Assembly: GCA_030390025.1 (NCBI GenBank) | Contig: CM059432.1 | Location: 120,778,001 to 120,842,000 of the forward strand | DNA length: 64,000 bases | Source of the DNA: Squalus acanthias | Lineage: Eukaryota | Direction: 5' to 3' | In this document: in pieces, positions 1 to 12,832 of the stretch | How the letters are laid out: the number at the start of each line of letters is the position of its first letter | Position numbering within the stretch: position 1 is the first letter of the stretch | Position numbers and translations under genes: made by a program | Notes under the pieces: model-generated | The model's database searches: none | Told to the model about the DNA's origin: nothing | Seen by the model: the letters and a program-made list of their open reading frames with translations, nothing else

Positions 1-134
1 CCGTGAATATCATCAGAATTTTTATTTAATTTTTTGGAGATTGGCCTGCTTGCTCAAGGGGCAGAAGATGTAATTATGCTGGGCAACCTTACCCACAATG
101 GGTGGACAGGTGCCAGAATTTAAGGTTGCACCCA

Positions 135-346
135 AAGAAAGAAATAAAGAACTTGCATTTATACAGCGCCTTTCATGACCATCGGACGTCCCAAAGTGCT
201 TTACAGTCAATGAAGTACTTTTTGAAGTAGAGTCACTGTTGTAATGTAGGAAACACAGCAGCCAATTTTGCACACAGCAAGGTCCCACAAACAGCAATGT
301 GATAATGACCAGAGAATCTGTTTTTGTTATGTTGGTTGACGGATAA
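135..346 (-). mobile_element. Deu-domain tRNA-derived SINE (SacSINE1-like), 3' half; the element is split by the LINE at 350-3520
   Basis: Reverse complement matches the 3' half of the intact copies at 39205 and 48404 (cattgctgtttgtggga...tacattacaacagtgact...aaggcgctgtataaatgcaagt). Confidence 0.85.
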
Positions 347-362
347 TTGATGGTTGATTGTC

Positions 363-472
363 GTAAAAACCCATCTGGTTCACTAATGTCCTTTAGGGAA
401 GGAAATCTGCCGTCCTTACAGACGGCAGATTTCCTTCCCTAAAGGACATTAGTGAACCAGATGGGTTTTTAC
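363..472. repeat. Perfect inverted repeat, 52-bp arms with 6-nt loop
   Basis: 363-414 is the exact reverse complement of 421-472; the loop is cttaca. Confidence 0.97.
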
Positions 473-633
473 CTGGTCTGGCCTATATGTGACTCCAGAC
501 CCACAGCAATGTGGTTGACTCTTAACTGCCCTCTGAAATGGCCCAGCAAGTCACTCAGTTGTAACTAACTGCTACAAAACAAAATAATAAGAATTAAACC
601 GGACAGACGACCCGGCATCGACCTCGGCACTGA

Positions 634-3282
634 CTACGGACACGACAACGGCACACCCAGCCCAGTCGACCCTGCAAAGTCCTCCTCACCAACATCTGGG
701 GACTTGTGCCAAAATTGGGAGAGCTGTCCCACAGACTAGTCAAGCAACAGCCTGACATAGTCATACTCACAGAATCATACCTTTCAGCCAATGTCCCAAA
801 CTCCTCCATCACCATCCCTGGGTATGTCCTGTCCCACCAGCAGGACAGACCCACCAGGGGTGGTGGCACAGTGGTATACAATTGGGAAGGAGTGGCCCTG
901 GGAGTCCTCAACATTGACTCTGGACCCCATGCAGTCTCATGGCTTCAGGTCAAGTATGGGCAAGGAAACCTTCTGCTGATTACCACCTCAGCTGATGAAT
1001 CAGTACTCCTCCATGTTGAACACCACTTGGAAGAAGCACTGAGAGTATCAAGGGCACAGAATGTACTCTGGGTGGGGGATTTCAATGTCCTTCACCAAGA
1101 GTGGTTCGGTAGCACCACTACTGACCGAGCTGGCCGAGTCCTGAAGGACATAACTGCCAGACTGGGCCTGCAACAGGTGGTGAGTGAACCAACACGTGGG
1201 AAAAATCTACTTGACCTCATCCTCACCAATCTACCTGTCACAGATGCATCTGTCCATGACAGCATTGGTAGCAGTGACCACCGCACAGTCCTTGTGGAGA
1301 TGAAGTCCCGACTTCACACTGAGGACACCCTCCTTCGTGTTGTGTGGCTCTACCACCGTGCTAAATGGGATAGATTCAGAACAGATCTAGCAGCTCAAAA
1401 CTGGGCATCCATGAGGCGCTGTGGGCTGTCAGCAGCAGCAGAATTGTATTCCACCACAATCTGTAATCTCATGGCCCGGCATATCCCTCACTCTACCATT
1501 ACCACCAAGCCAGGGGACCAACCCTGGTTAAACAAGGAGTGTAGAAGAGCATGCCAGGAGCAGCACCAGGCGTACCTAAAAATGCGGTGCCAACCTGGGG
1601 ATGCTGCAACACAGGACTACATGCATGCTAAAAAGCGGAAGCAGCATGCTATAGACAGGGCTAAGCGATCCCACAATCAACGGATCAGATCAAAGCTCTG
1701 CAGTCCTGCCACATCCAGTCGTGAATGGTAGTGGACCATTAAACAACTAATGGGAGGAGGAGACTCCAAGAATATCCCCATCCACAATGATGGTGAAGCC
1801 CAGCACGTGAGTGCAAAAGACAAGGCTGAAGCGTTTGCAAGCAACTTCAGCCAGAAGTGCCAAGTGGATAATCCATATCGGCCTATTCCTGAGGTCCCCA
1901 CCATCGCAGAAGCCAGTCTTTAGCGAATTCAATTCACTCCACGTGATATCAAGAAACTGGATACTGGATACAGCAAAGGCTATGGGTCCCGACAACATCC
2001 CGGCTATCGTTCTGAAGACTTGTGCTCCAGAACTAGCCGTGCCTCTAGCCAAGCTGTTCCAGTACAGCTACAACACTGGCATCTATCCGACAATGTGGAA
2101 AACTGCCCAGGTATGTCCTGTCCACAAAAAGCAGGACAAATCCAACCCGGCCAATTACCGCCCCATCAGTCTACTCTCAATCATCAGCAAAGTGATGGAA
2201 GGTGTCATCAACAGTGCTATCAAGCGGCACTTACTCACCAATAACTTGCTCACTGATGCCCAGTTTGGGTTCCGCCAAGACCACTCGGCTCCCGACCTCA
2301 TTACAACCTTGGTCCAAACATGGACAAAGGAGCTGAATTCCAGAGATGAGGTGAGAGTGACTGTCCTTGACATCAAGGCAGCATTTGACCGAGTCTGGCA
2401 TCAAGGAGCCCTAGTAAAACTGAAGTCAATGAGAATCAGGGGGAAAACTCTCCACTGGCTGGAGTCATACCTAGCACAAAGTAAGATGGTTGTGGTGGTT
2501 GAAGGTCAATCATCACACCTCAGGACATCACTGCAGGCCCAACCATCTTCAACTGCTTCATCAATGACCTTCCCTCCAACATAAGGTCAGAAATGTGGAT
2601 GTTCGCTGATGACTGCACAGTGTTCAGCGCCATTCACAACTCCTCAGTTAATGAAGCAGTCCATGCCCACATGCAACAAGACCTGGACGATGTTCAGGCT
2701 TGGGCTGATAAGTGGCAGGTTACATTCACGCCACAGAAGTGCCAGGCAATGACTGTCTCCAACAAGCGAGAGTCTAACCACCCCCCCTTGACATTCAATG
2801 GCATTACCATCATCGAATCCCCCACTACCAACATCCTGGGGGTCACCATTAATCAGAAACTTAACTGGACCAGCTACATAAATACTGTGGCAACAAGAGC
2901 AGGTCAGAGGCTGGGTATTCTGCGGCGAGTGTCCCACCTCCTGACTCCCCAAAGCCTTTCCACCATCAACAAGGCACAAGTAAGGAGTGTGATGGAATAC
3001 TCTCCACTTGCCTGGATGAGTGCAGCTCCAACAACACTCAAGAAGCTCGACACCATCCAGGACAAAGCAGCCCGCTTGATTGGCACCCCATCCACCATCT
3101 TAAACATTCACTCCCTCCACCACCGGCGTACCGTGGCTGCAGTGTGTACCATCTACAAGATGCACTGCAGCAACTCGCCAAGGCTTCTTCAGCAGCATCT
3201 TCCAAACCCGCGACCTCTTCCACCTAGAAGGACAAGGGCAGCAGGCACATGGGAACACCACCACCTCCAAGTTCCCCTCTAA
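634..3282 (+). pseudogene. Disrupted LINE ORF2 (endonuclease-reverse transcriptase)
   Basis: The EN-RT homology is continuous but broken by a stop at 1729-1731, frameshifts, and a deletion over the GVPQGS motif near 2535. Confidence 0.9.
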
Positions 3283-3520
3283 GTCACACACCATCCTTAC
3301 TTAGAAGTATATCGCCGTTCCTTCATCGTCGCTGGGTCAAAATCCTGGAACTCCCTCCCTAACAGCACTGTGGGAGTACCGTCACCACACGGACTGCAAC
3401 GGTTCAAGAAGGCGGCTCACCACCACCTTCTCAAGGGCAACTAGGGATGGGCAATAAATGCTGGCCTTGCCAGCGATGCCCAGATCCATAAACAAATAAT
3501 AAATAAATAAATATATAAAT

Positions 3521-3752
3521 ACCTCCCCTGCGCTTCTTTGAAATAGTGCCATAGGATCTGATTAATGGTGACCCCCAGGATGTTGGTTTAACATCTCATC
3601 TGAAGGACAGACCTCCGACAGTGCAGCACCCTCTCAACACTCCACTGGGAGTGTCAGCCTAGATTTTTGTGCTCAAGTCTTTGGAGTGGGACTTGAACCC
3701 ACAACCTTCTGATTCAGAGGCGAGAGTGCTACCCACTGAACCACGGCTGACA
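3521..3752 (-). mobile_element. Deu-domain SINE, 5' half with tRNA-like head
   Basis: Reverse complement reads tgtcagccgtggttcagtgggtagcactctcgcctctgaatcagaaggttgtgggttcaagtcccactcc (A and B boxes). It continues the fragment at 135-346. Confidence 0.88.
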
Positions 3753-4032
3753 CCGAAAGGTAACGCTTGAGTCCGCCTGCCGCACGCAAATGAGATGTCC
3801 ATCAGCCGACCTTGCAAACTCTGTTGGGGTCAGAGCAGGAGGGCACCCCTGGGCATGATCCCAGCATAACAGTTCACATTGGCGTAACACTGGCTCTTCT
3901 GAGGGTGGGATAAGGGCACTATGATAGACTACAGCAGAGGGATCGTTTTGCTACCTCTGGTTCACGATACACCCAACCTCAGAGTATGTAGCACCACAAG
4001 CAGGGTTTCTGCTGCACTTTTGGCGAAGTTAC

Positions 4033-4168
4033 GACAACAACAACAACTTGTATTTATATAGCGCCTTTAACATAGTAAAACGTCCCAAGGCGCTTCACTG
4101 GAGCGTTGTCGCTACATAAGGAGATAGTAGGGAAGATAACCAAAAGCTTGGTCAAAGAAGCAGGTTAC
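4033..4168 (-). mobile_element. L2-type LINE 3' end fragment
   Basis: Same tail as 57804-58232: aaaggcgctatataaatacaag followed by (TTG)n. Confidence 0.75.
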
Positions 4169-5094
4169 GGCAGAAAGTCCGAGGAATTTGAGGGCCTGTG
4201 TTTTTTCAGATGGTGCAAAGTTGCTTTTTATTTTCTGAAGTTTCAATTTCCACCTGTTTTAAGTAGCATAAAATGTGTAACAAATTCTCTGTTCTAGTCC
4301 AGAGTTGATGGCCCAAGGAATGGGGAAAGATTAAAAAATGAATCCAGTATCTGTCTAGTCCAGGTACTCCAGACCAAACACTAAAGAGAACAGAAAGATG
4401 GCCTTGTAGCAATCTAGTTGCAGGATTGACTTCCCCCCCATCCCCCCAACCACCAAAAGATATTTAATTGTACTTGGTTTTACATACATTGCAGTGAAAA
4501 CAAATACTACTAGGGCAAAACTAATGTTAGCTGACACTTTAAATCCTCTTTTAACTCATCATATAGATCATAAACTATTTGCTTATTAAATCTAAATCTA
4601 CAAAACCAGTACATGTCAAACCACTCAATAAAATCTAAAGTGATGTCTCAAAATCCTAAGAGATGTCTCTTTTTCCAGACTGTATGTGCTGCTGATAGCT
4701 CTCAGTCATTCTGAAACCAGTGAAAAGAGAATGACATAACTAAAATCAGCCTCTATGCTATAGTCTAATTTGTCATTTACTCCACTGCTAAACAGATTAA
4801 AGATTGACACAGGAGAAGAAGACTTTAACACTTATTTTTTTAAATGGGATTGGTATCGGAGCTGAAATGTCTTATTTGCATAGACTCAAAAATGTGTTGG
4901 CACGCAATATATTTAGAAAGAAGCATACAATGCATAATATATTGAGTCAGATTTGTACAAAGTCTGACTCAATATATTGTGAGATCCCACAATCATCTCT
5001 TATTTATCTTGCATGAAATTGTAATAACAATGAATTGTGGATTAACCCCAACTAGCACTTAGTGTAAATGTTAGCACTTTGTGAAAATGACTTA

Positions 5095-5310
5095 TGAATC
5101 GAGTTGTTATGATCTGGAATGCGCTGCTGGAAAGAGTGGTGGAAACAGATTCAATAGTAACTTTCAAAAGTGAATTTGATAAATACTTGAAAAGGAAAAA
5201 TTTGCAGGGATATGGGGAAAGAGCAGGGGAGTGGGACAAATTGAATAGCTTTTTCAAAGAGCCGGCACAGGCACGATGGGCCTCATTCTGTGCTGTATGA
5301 TTCCATGAAT
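5095..5310 (+). mobile_element. CR1 LINE 3' fragment
   Basis: Encodes the RVVMIWNAL...FKSEFDKYL C-terminus of CR1 ORF2, followed by the 3' UTR. Confidence 0.8.
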
Positions 5311-6206
5311 CTTTTTACACATATATAATTTTATGTTGTCACCATTGTAGTGATTATTGCATCTCAGAATCTTTAATAATTGCTTGACATGCAATTCCTT
5401 AGCTGCAAAATTATTCAACGGGCTCTTTTAAAGTCTAAATAATTAACTTTGAGGGTCTGAATAGCCTAGCAACAAATAAGCTAATAAATATGCCAGGGAC
5501 AGTAGACCTAATGTGAGATCTGAGGCTCATGAATCCTAAGAAATACCAGGGAATCTTTTGAACTTCAATAATATGGTAGAGATTGCAGCTCACAATTAAG
5601 TTCCCAATAGTTATTGGGACTCAGCACTGACTAACTGTACTGAAAATTGTGTGTTCTGCAGCTAAGTTGTTGCTGAAACTATTTCTTCAAAGCATAATTT
5701 ACCTTCAGGCGCAATTTGTTAACATTAATTCTGTAATTCTGGTTACCATATTCGCTCATTATCCACTATCTTCATGGATTTGATGACACTTTGATCCCAA
5801 GGCTGCTTGGGAATAATGTTCAATGACGCTCTTTTGATAGGGGAATTCAGCACATCCAAAAAAGAGGTCAAAGCAAAATAGAGAAAGTGACAAGAAAATA
5901 GATTTATTTATCCTTGCAGTTAATTATCTCTTCCATTCCTCAACAGATGATCTTGATTGTTTTCCCACACACATCCAAATACCTCTTCAGGAATTCACAT
6001 GATCTCCCTCAATTGACAGATTGGAACAGTCCATGATATTGCAGCACCAGGTATACACTAATTTAAATGCAGAGGATTCTGCTGTGTTTGGTAAACTGTT
6101 GAAAGACTCTTTTAAATCAGTGGCTATCCCTCCTCTGCAATCCTCGAATGACATAGTAAATTGCTGCCACAAACCTTACTGCCTTATATTGTTTTATTAA
6201 GGTTCT

Positions 6207-6315
6207 AGAAGGCAGCTCACCACCACCACCTTCCCAAGGGCAATTAGGGATGGGCAATAAATGCTGGCCTAGCCAGCAATGCCCACATCCCGTGAACGAA
6301 TATTAATAAAAAAAT
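6207..6315 (+). mobile_element. 3' tail of the 350-3520 LINE family
   Basis: aagggcaattagggatgggcaataaatgctggcc followed by an A-rich tail. Confidence 0.8.
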
Positions 6316-6361
6316 TAAATCATACAGATGTTCCAAATGAGCACTTTGAATTCAAACAGAT

Positions 6362-6868
6362 TGGGGGTGATTTTCAACTACTGCCCACCCCGTTCACACT
6401 GGAAAGCAGGTCAGCAGACAGTTGAACATTGAACAGAAAAGGTCCCGCCCAATGGCCATCCGAGGCCAGCCCAACTCAATTTTCGAGCGGGCCTTGAAAT
6501 TGGCGGCTATCACTCTTGCCCGAAGCAGACAGGAACCTTATTAAAATATTTAAATTGGGGTCCTGTGCTGGTTGTTGCACGCCAATGCAATTTTCAAAGC
6601 TCCAATGGGCGTAGCATGCGCCACGCATACTCCGCCCGTTGGTTCCAGGCGCTGAGCAGCCTAACCAATGGTCCTTCAAGGGACAGCTGGAAGACGATCA
6701 GAAAATGGCCCCAAACGCTTTTTCGCAACCTGCAGGCCACCTGCTGGACACCCAATGGCCCCATCCCCTCAAATTGCCTTTCCCACTCTTTGGGTTATGA
6801 CTTCCTAGTCAGCTCCCTGGAGGAACCGTCAGCTCCCTGTCCCTCAACCACTTTTGGGACATCCTGAA
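6362..6868. mobile_element. Probable non-autonomous DNA transposon (MITE-like), truncated
   Basis: Starts with gggggtgattttc, like the Harbinger-type ends elsewhere in the window; GC-rich and non-coding. Confidence 0.45.
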
Positions 6869-6869
6869 G

Positions 6870-7158
6870 ACAGCCCCAGGACATCGCTGCAGGAGTTCCT
6901 CAGGGCAGTGTCCTAGGCCCAACCATCTTCAGCTGCTTCATCAATGACCTTCCCTCTATCATAAGGTCAGAAGTGGGGATGTTCACTGATGACTGCATAG
7001 TGTTCAGGCCATTCGCAACTCCTCAGATAATGAAGCAGTTCATGCCCGCATGCAACAAAACCTGGACGACATTCAGGCTTGGGCTGATAAGTGGCAGGTA
7101 ACATTCGCGCCACAAAGTGCCAGGCAATGACTATCTCCAACAAGCGAGCATCTAACCA
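6870..7158 (+). mobile_element. Internal RT fragment of the 350-3520 LINE family
   Basis: Homologous to 2520-2780; retains the GVPQGSVLGP coding sequence. Confidence 0.85.
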
Positions 7159-7392
7159 CCAAGGCCAGCATTTCTTGCCCATCCCTAGTTGCCCTTGAGA
7201 AGGTGGTGGTGAGCCACATTCTTGAACCGCTGCAATCCGTGTAGTGGACAACTGAATGGATGCTTGGCCATTTCAGAGGGCAGTTAAGAGTCAACCACAT
7301 TATTGTGAGTCTGGAGTCACATATAGGCCAGACCGAGTAAGGGCGGCAGATTTCCTTCCCTAAAGGGCATTAGTGAACCAGATGGGTTTTTA
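7159..7392 (-). mobile_element. Bipartite SINE-like element: LINE 5' segment joined directly to the LINE 3' tail
   Basis: Reverse complement of 7248-7392 matches 364-562, and that of 7159-7247 matches about 3385-3470. Confidence 0.8.
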
Positions 7393-7394
7393 GG

Positions 7395-7913
7395 ACTGCG
7401 TAAGGTCTGCTTTTACCAGCATAAGACTTTTAAAGAACAGAAAAATACATTAAAAAAAATAATGTATACATTTAAAAACCTGTGCAATAAGGTAAGTTTA
7501 TTTTTAGCCCCTTTAAAACATGTACATTTATTTTTCAAAAAATAAAATTTTTGTTATAAATATTAAAAACCATTTTAATTAATTTTAAATATGTGATTTT
7601 TAAAATTTATTTGAAGTGTACGTGTATTTTTTGGGGTATTCCCATTCATACTTATGGGGTTTCTATACATACGGAATCCCCATAAGTATGAATGGGGATC
7701 CCTTTCTTTCATTGGTTGGGCCGGCCCACATGATCCCAGGGGCGCTTGTGAACCACATGCACCCCATGGATATGTGGGCCTCTACGCAGGCCTACACATA
7801 GAGGCTCAGGAGCACAAGTGTCCAAACCTCCGGGACCATCAGGTAAGTTTGTAGGTTTTTTGCTGGTCGGAGGCATCCGCCCGCGGGAAGCCCCCGACTG
7901 CAAATTCAGGGCC
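7395..7913 (-). mobile_element. Hairpin-rich MITE, sibling of 49668-50428
   Basis: Inverted homology to 49670-50200. AT-rich core with a perfect 19-bp inverted repeat (7641-7659 / 7678-7696). Confidence 0.7.
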
Positions 7914-7919
7914 ATTGGG

Positions 7920-8490
7920 TCCTGGCTTGCACTGGGAATTCCTGTGGGACCTCAGGCCACCTCTCACAAGACCACTGACACAGCGAACGCAGAGGCAGGG
8001 TTGAGGTATCCCTGTAGCCTGGGCCTTGCTGTGGCCTGTTGTATCTTCAGGCGCTGGAAGGAAGAGGTATACCAACCTCTTCAATGGCACATGTGCAGAC
8101 CACTTGGGAGACCAGCTCTGGACCCTCAGATTTGTTACAGGTGAAAGTTTATTTCAGCATCCATACAAAAAGGACCAATGGGCTGCTAACATATGGTTTC
8201 TGGGGGGAACCAGCATCCTTCTGCCAAAATGGAGCATAATCTATCAGGATCGCAGCCTCTTGGGACAGTTGGGCGTCCAAGTTGTGGTCCTAAATGCGCA
8301 GCACCCACAGGCCCCATGAAAATACAGTGACCTCCCAATGACGCTGAGATCAGTACCAGTGGTCACCAGCGAGTGCATCCTAGTGCTGTAGTCAGCCCCA
8401 AGTACTTGTGGCCCCAGAATCGAAAAGCAGACGGATCTTGTGATGGGAGGATTGCAGGGTTTTCTGGATGGATGGAAGGTGGCCTGCTTC
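7920..8490 (-). mobile_element. Possible highly decayed L1/Tx1-type ORF2 C-terminal fragment
   Basis: Minus-strand peptides (GACGCC, RRMLVPPRN, KWSAHV) resemble fish Tx1 ORF2 as I recall it; the resemblance is weak. Confidence 0.35.
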
Positions 8491-9508
8491 ATCTGTACCT
8501 ATCTTGTTGTAATATTTAGCTGGTGGTCACATAGCTTTTGGACACTGTTGGAATGGTAGTCCTTCTTATTCTATTATACTATAAGATTAATGGCTACTGC
8601 ATAAATGAGGCCACAGGTCTCTGCACTTTAGGAAACCCAGTTGTTTTAAAAAAAAGCCAATGCTACCATTCAACCTGAGGCTGAATTTAATGTACTTGTG
8701 TGTGTGTGGTCTTTAACGCAGCAGTGGTCAGAGTATTGATCCATTTATGTGATGTACCCGTGGATTCCTGGAAACTTTCCGTGGCATGGAAGATGATGTC
8801 ACAAATACTCGCACCCACTCAAGCTCAACTGCCACAAGAAATTCTGTACAAATGGCTGATTGCCCCTACAGCTTGATGTATCAGATTGCACAACTCGGCC
8901 CCAGCCATTCCTGTGGGAGGTCTCACCTTCGTAAGGCACTGCTCCTCCCTGATTGAACAATAGCCGCCCCTCTCCTGATAGACTTGCTCCCTGAGGATGT
9001 TTGCATGTTCTGTGGTTATTCTTGAACGAAGTCAGCAATGTTGAGCTACTATAACTGCCACTGGTAATATACTCGGAAGGTAGCCTAAAAGAGGCACTTG
9101 ATTCATTTTCCAAAAGGCTATGAATCATTCTTTCCTGATATTGTACTTGCTACCATGCTGTTAATGTAACTCCAGCTCTGGTCATTAGCATTTCAGCCAG
9201 TAGGAAAATGCATAATTTGTTCATGAACTATCCCCTATTGGAGGTCTTAGAAGCCTAACCAGTCAAATGCTTACTTTTTTGTTGTTAATATTTACACTCA
9301 ATGTTGGAAATGTAAAAAAAACCTCCAAATAGCATTCATACTCACCACTGCCATATTTTACCTGATCTTCTTGCCACTCTTAAAGGATTACTCCCTGGTC
9401 ACTAACTATGACATCCAGCAGGAAAAACCTCTATGAATGTTTTTGCAAATTCTTTGCTGTATCCTCTTTCTTCCTATTTTGTATCATCAGCAAACTTGCC
9501 TACTTTGG

Positions 9509-9701
9509 TGTCAGCTGTGGCTCACTGGTAGCTATCTCACCTCTGAGTCAGAAGGTTGTGGGATCACGTCCAACTCCATAGACTTGATCACAAAATCTAG
9601 GCAGACACTCCAGTGCAGTGCTGAGGGAGTGCTGTCCTGTCGGAGGTACCGTCTTTCGGATGAAACATTAAACTGAGGTTGCATCTGCCCTCTCAGGTGG
9701 A
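9509..9701 (+). mobile_element. Deu-domain SINE, 5' half
   Basis: tgtcagctgtggctca...ctctcaggtgga matches the 39205 copy. Confidence 0.85.
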
Positions 9702-10263
9702 CTGTTTTTCGGACTGCATACAGTGTATACAGTGGCATTCCCCAGGGTTTAGTACTAGGACCACTGTTGTTTCTGATATACATTAATGACTTGTACAGAA
9801 GAGATTAACTAGAATGGTTCCAGGGATGGGGGATTACAATTACATGAATAGACTGGAGAAGCTGGGGTTGTTCTCCTTTGAGCAGAGAAGGCTAAGAGGA
9901 GATTTGATAGAGGTGTTTAATATCATGAACAGTTTAGATAGATTAAATAAAGAGAAACTGTTTCCAATGGCTGAAGGGTCGATAACCAGAGGGCACAGAT
10001 TTAAGGTGATTGGCAAAAGAACCAGAGGCGACATGAGGATAAACTTTTTTACGCAACGAGTGGTTAGGATTTGGAATGCACTGCCTGATAGGGTGATGGA
10101 TACAGATTCAATAGTAGCCTTCAAAAGGGAATTGGATAAATACTTGAAGGAGAAAAAGGAGTAGGGGAGTGGGACTAACTGAATTGCTCTTCAAAAGAGC
10201 CGGTGCAGACTCGATGGGCCAAATGGCCTCCTTCTGTGCTGTACTACTTTATGATTCTATGAT
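9702..10263 (+). mobile_element. CR1 LINE 3' fragment with internal deletion
   Basis: SGIPQG.VLGP motif, then ORF 9814-10164 (RRLRGDLIEVF, TRGH, FFTQRVV.IWNALP); tail (ATTCTATG)n. Confidence 0.9.
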
Positions 10264-11319
10264 ATTGGGACAGAGGTCAGCGGCCCATGTGATTTTCTGT
10301 CCAGTAAAATGAATGGACAGGAAAACACGCGTGCCCCAAATCAGGCAAGCTGAAGTCCATGCCTGAATGCCCGATGTGCACTCTTGTCACATGAAGCTTC
10401 ATTACCTTACATGTTATTAATGTTAGCCTAATGGGCCAGTAGTTGATTGGGTCCATTTTATTACCCTTTTTAAACACAGACTTGCAAAACTCAAGCTTGA
10501 CTCCACTTAATCAGTACTTACTGATTTACATAGTCTTCTCTCCTGCTTTTTTCAACCTTGGTGTTGCACTGAAAGTCAGGTTTGGCCCTTTAACATGATT
10601 TTTCAACAAAACAAAAGCCCAGTAAGTAACTGAGCAAAACTTAACACAGGGAAACAAAACATCTTGGGCTAATTTTCAGAAACGATTGAAGGTGTACATT
10701 AAACAACCATCTTTCAACAATGTAAATTACTTGTGGATCTGTTATAGGATCTAATTATTTGACAATTTGCTTTAAATTAATTAAGAAATGAAATCCTGCT
10801 GTTCATGCTTTTTTAAAGGTAATGGCAAGTGTTTTCGACACAAGAAACAGAAACATGGACATTTAAATTTTCATTCAAAGTACCAATGAGTCAGTGGGAT
10901 GAACATAATGTTCACACATGGAATGATGTATTTTATTTTTTAGTTGAACATATGGGTTACTTTTGCTTTAATGATCATTGGCAAAGACAAATAATTCACT
11001 AATTGTTTTGGTATCTTGTCGGATTCATATTACTTCCTATTTTTATATGACTATTTCAAATAAACATGTACATTTACAAGGTCATGAAGCAAAAACTAAG
11101 CGTTGCCTGCTTGTCACTCAGGCTTGCTCTCCTTGTTTGGGAGGGTGAAAGGACATTTGTCGATTTAAAGCTGGGATGAAAATCAAAAATCACAAAATTG
11201 CAATACAGAAGGAGGTAATTCGGCTCAATGCTTCACTGGAAATGAACATCAGACTGTTTCTATAACAGGCAACTGATGCCAGTGCCCGATTTACACCCAG
11301 GTGGCAAGTTGAAAATCTA

Positions 11320-11960
11320 CCTCATCTATTCTAATCCCATTTCCCTGTCTGCTACTCTGATCCTTTAATATTCTTCCTTTGCACATACATATCCAATTCC
11401 TTTTAAAATGACGCTATAGTTTCTGCCTCAGTTGCCACTTGCGGTGAAGTTTTTCATGTTCGTAATAATCCTTCATGTAAAAATAATTTCTAAAGTCCCC
11501 ATTTAATCTTTAAGTGGAAATTCCGAATCTATGCCCCCTTGTTACCAATTCACCAACCAGTGAGATCAATCTTTCATTATTTACCTTCACAAACCTTTCA
11601 TAACTTTAAAAACCTTTATAGATCCCATTAACCCTCTCTGTTCCAATGAATAAGCTCCAATTGTTTGCACCTTTCTTCCTAACTGTAACCTTTCATTCCT
11701 GGTACAATCCTAGTGAATCTTCACTATACCCATTTCATAGTTGTAAGATTCTTCCCAGAATGTCTTGCAATATTCCAATTGTGGCCCAACCAATGTCTAG
11801 TACAAATTCAATATCACGTCCTTGTTTTTTTATAATATATAAAACTCAGATTTTCATTTGCAGTTCATTATCTTTTTATCTACCATCACTCTCACTTTTA
11901 AAGACCTATGTATCTGCATCTATAGATTTCTCTGGTCCTATATGTCATAGGAATCTTGTC
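11320..11960 (-). mobile_element. Old CR1 3' fragment
   Basis: Degenerate similarity to the CR1 ORF2 C-terminus on the minus strand. Confidence 0.6.
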
Positions 11961-12263
11961 ATTTAGGGTATATAGGGATAAGTTCTATGCACTTTCAATC
12001 AAGCCAGCAGAAAATTGGAATGAACGGATTTTCCCTTTCCAAATCTAGCTCTGCCACCTTTTCACCCAATTTCCATCCATTCATAGCTCAGCAATACAAA
12101 AATCAAAACACCAACATTTGAAAAAGTATAGTAATTGTATGAGGTACAGACAGTTATAATGTCTATGTCTTGCAGTATGGTCCACAGATTGCATCTGAGA
12201 GTTCTTCCCTGTCAGATTCCCATGTTCATTTTGGGCGAGATCATATGGAACACTAATCCGAGT

Positions 12264-12690
12264 ATAGAAACATAGAATCTAGGAGCAGGAGTAGGCCATT
12301 CGGCCCGTCGAGCCTGCTCCGCCATTCAATACGATCATGGCTGATCATCCAAATCCAGTACCCTGTCCCTGCTTTAATCCCCACAGTACACATATCCCAC
12401 CCTACCCCCGTAACCCCACGTATTTAATTCCCCCTAACATATCCCATCCTATCCCCATAACCCCACATATTTAATCCCCCCTAACACTAAGGGTCAATTT
12501 ATCATAGCCAAATCAACCTAACCCACACATTTTTGGACTGTGGGAGGAAACTGGAGCACCCGGAGGAAACCCACGCAGACACGGGGAGAATGTGCAAACT
12601 CCACACAGACAGTCACCCGAGGTCAGATTCGAACCCGGGTCTCTGGCGCTGTGAGGCACCAGTGCTAACCACTATGCCACCGTGTTGCCC
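12264..12690 (-). mobile_element. HE1-like V-SINE, full length
   Basis: Has a tRNA-like head (about 12620-12690) and a V-domain (gtgtggagtttgcacattctccccgtgtctgcgtgggtttcctccgggtgctcc). It also has an ~50-bp tandem duplication (12388-12485) and a 3' tail matching the CR1 3' end at 28160-28270. Confidence 0.9.
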
Positions 12691-12832
12691 TATGATAGGA
12701 GGAAACACATTTACTACAGCATAGTAGGTACCAACATAGAGCTTATAGCAGAAGAGTATGATCAACTCAATGCATCAACTAAATCTACACTCTTTTCTCC
12801 ACATTGCCAACAAAAAAACATTTATAATGTAC

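Larger units (their letters stand above)
350..3520 (+). mobile_element. Non-LTR retrotransposon (APE endonuclease + RT; CR1/L2-related group, clade not resolved), near full length, no visible ORF1
   Basis: ORFs 706-1731, 1811-2584 and 2593-3282 give EN motifs (TNIWGL, LTES, GDFN, LDL, SDH) and RT motifs (GPDNIP, NYRPISLL, QFGFR, DIKAAFD, FADD). The 3' UTR ends in an (AAAT)n tail. Confidence 0.92.

Noticed and set aside
8799..9128. 109-aa minus-strand ORF
   Set aside because: It has no recognisable motif or splice context and may be an unidentified old repeat.
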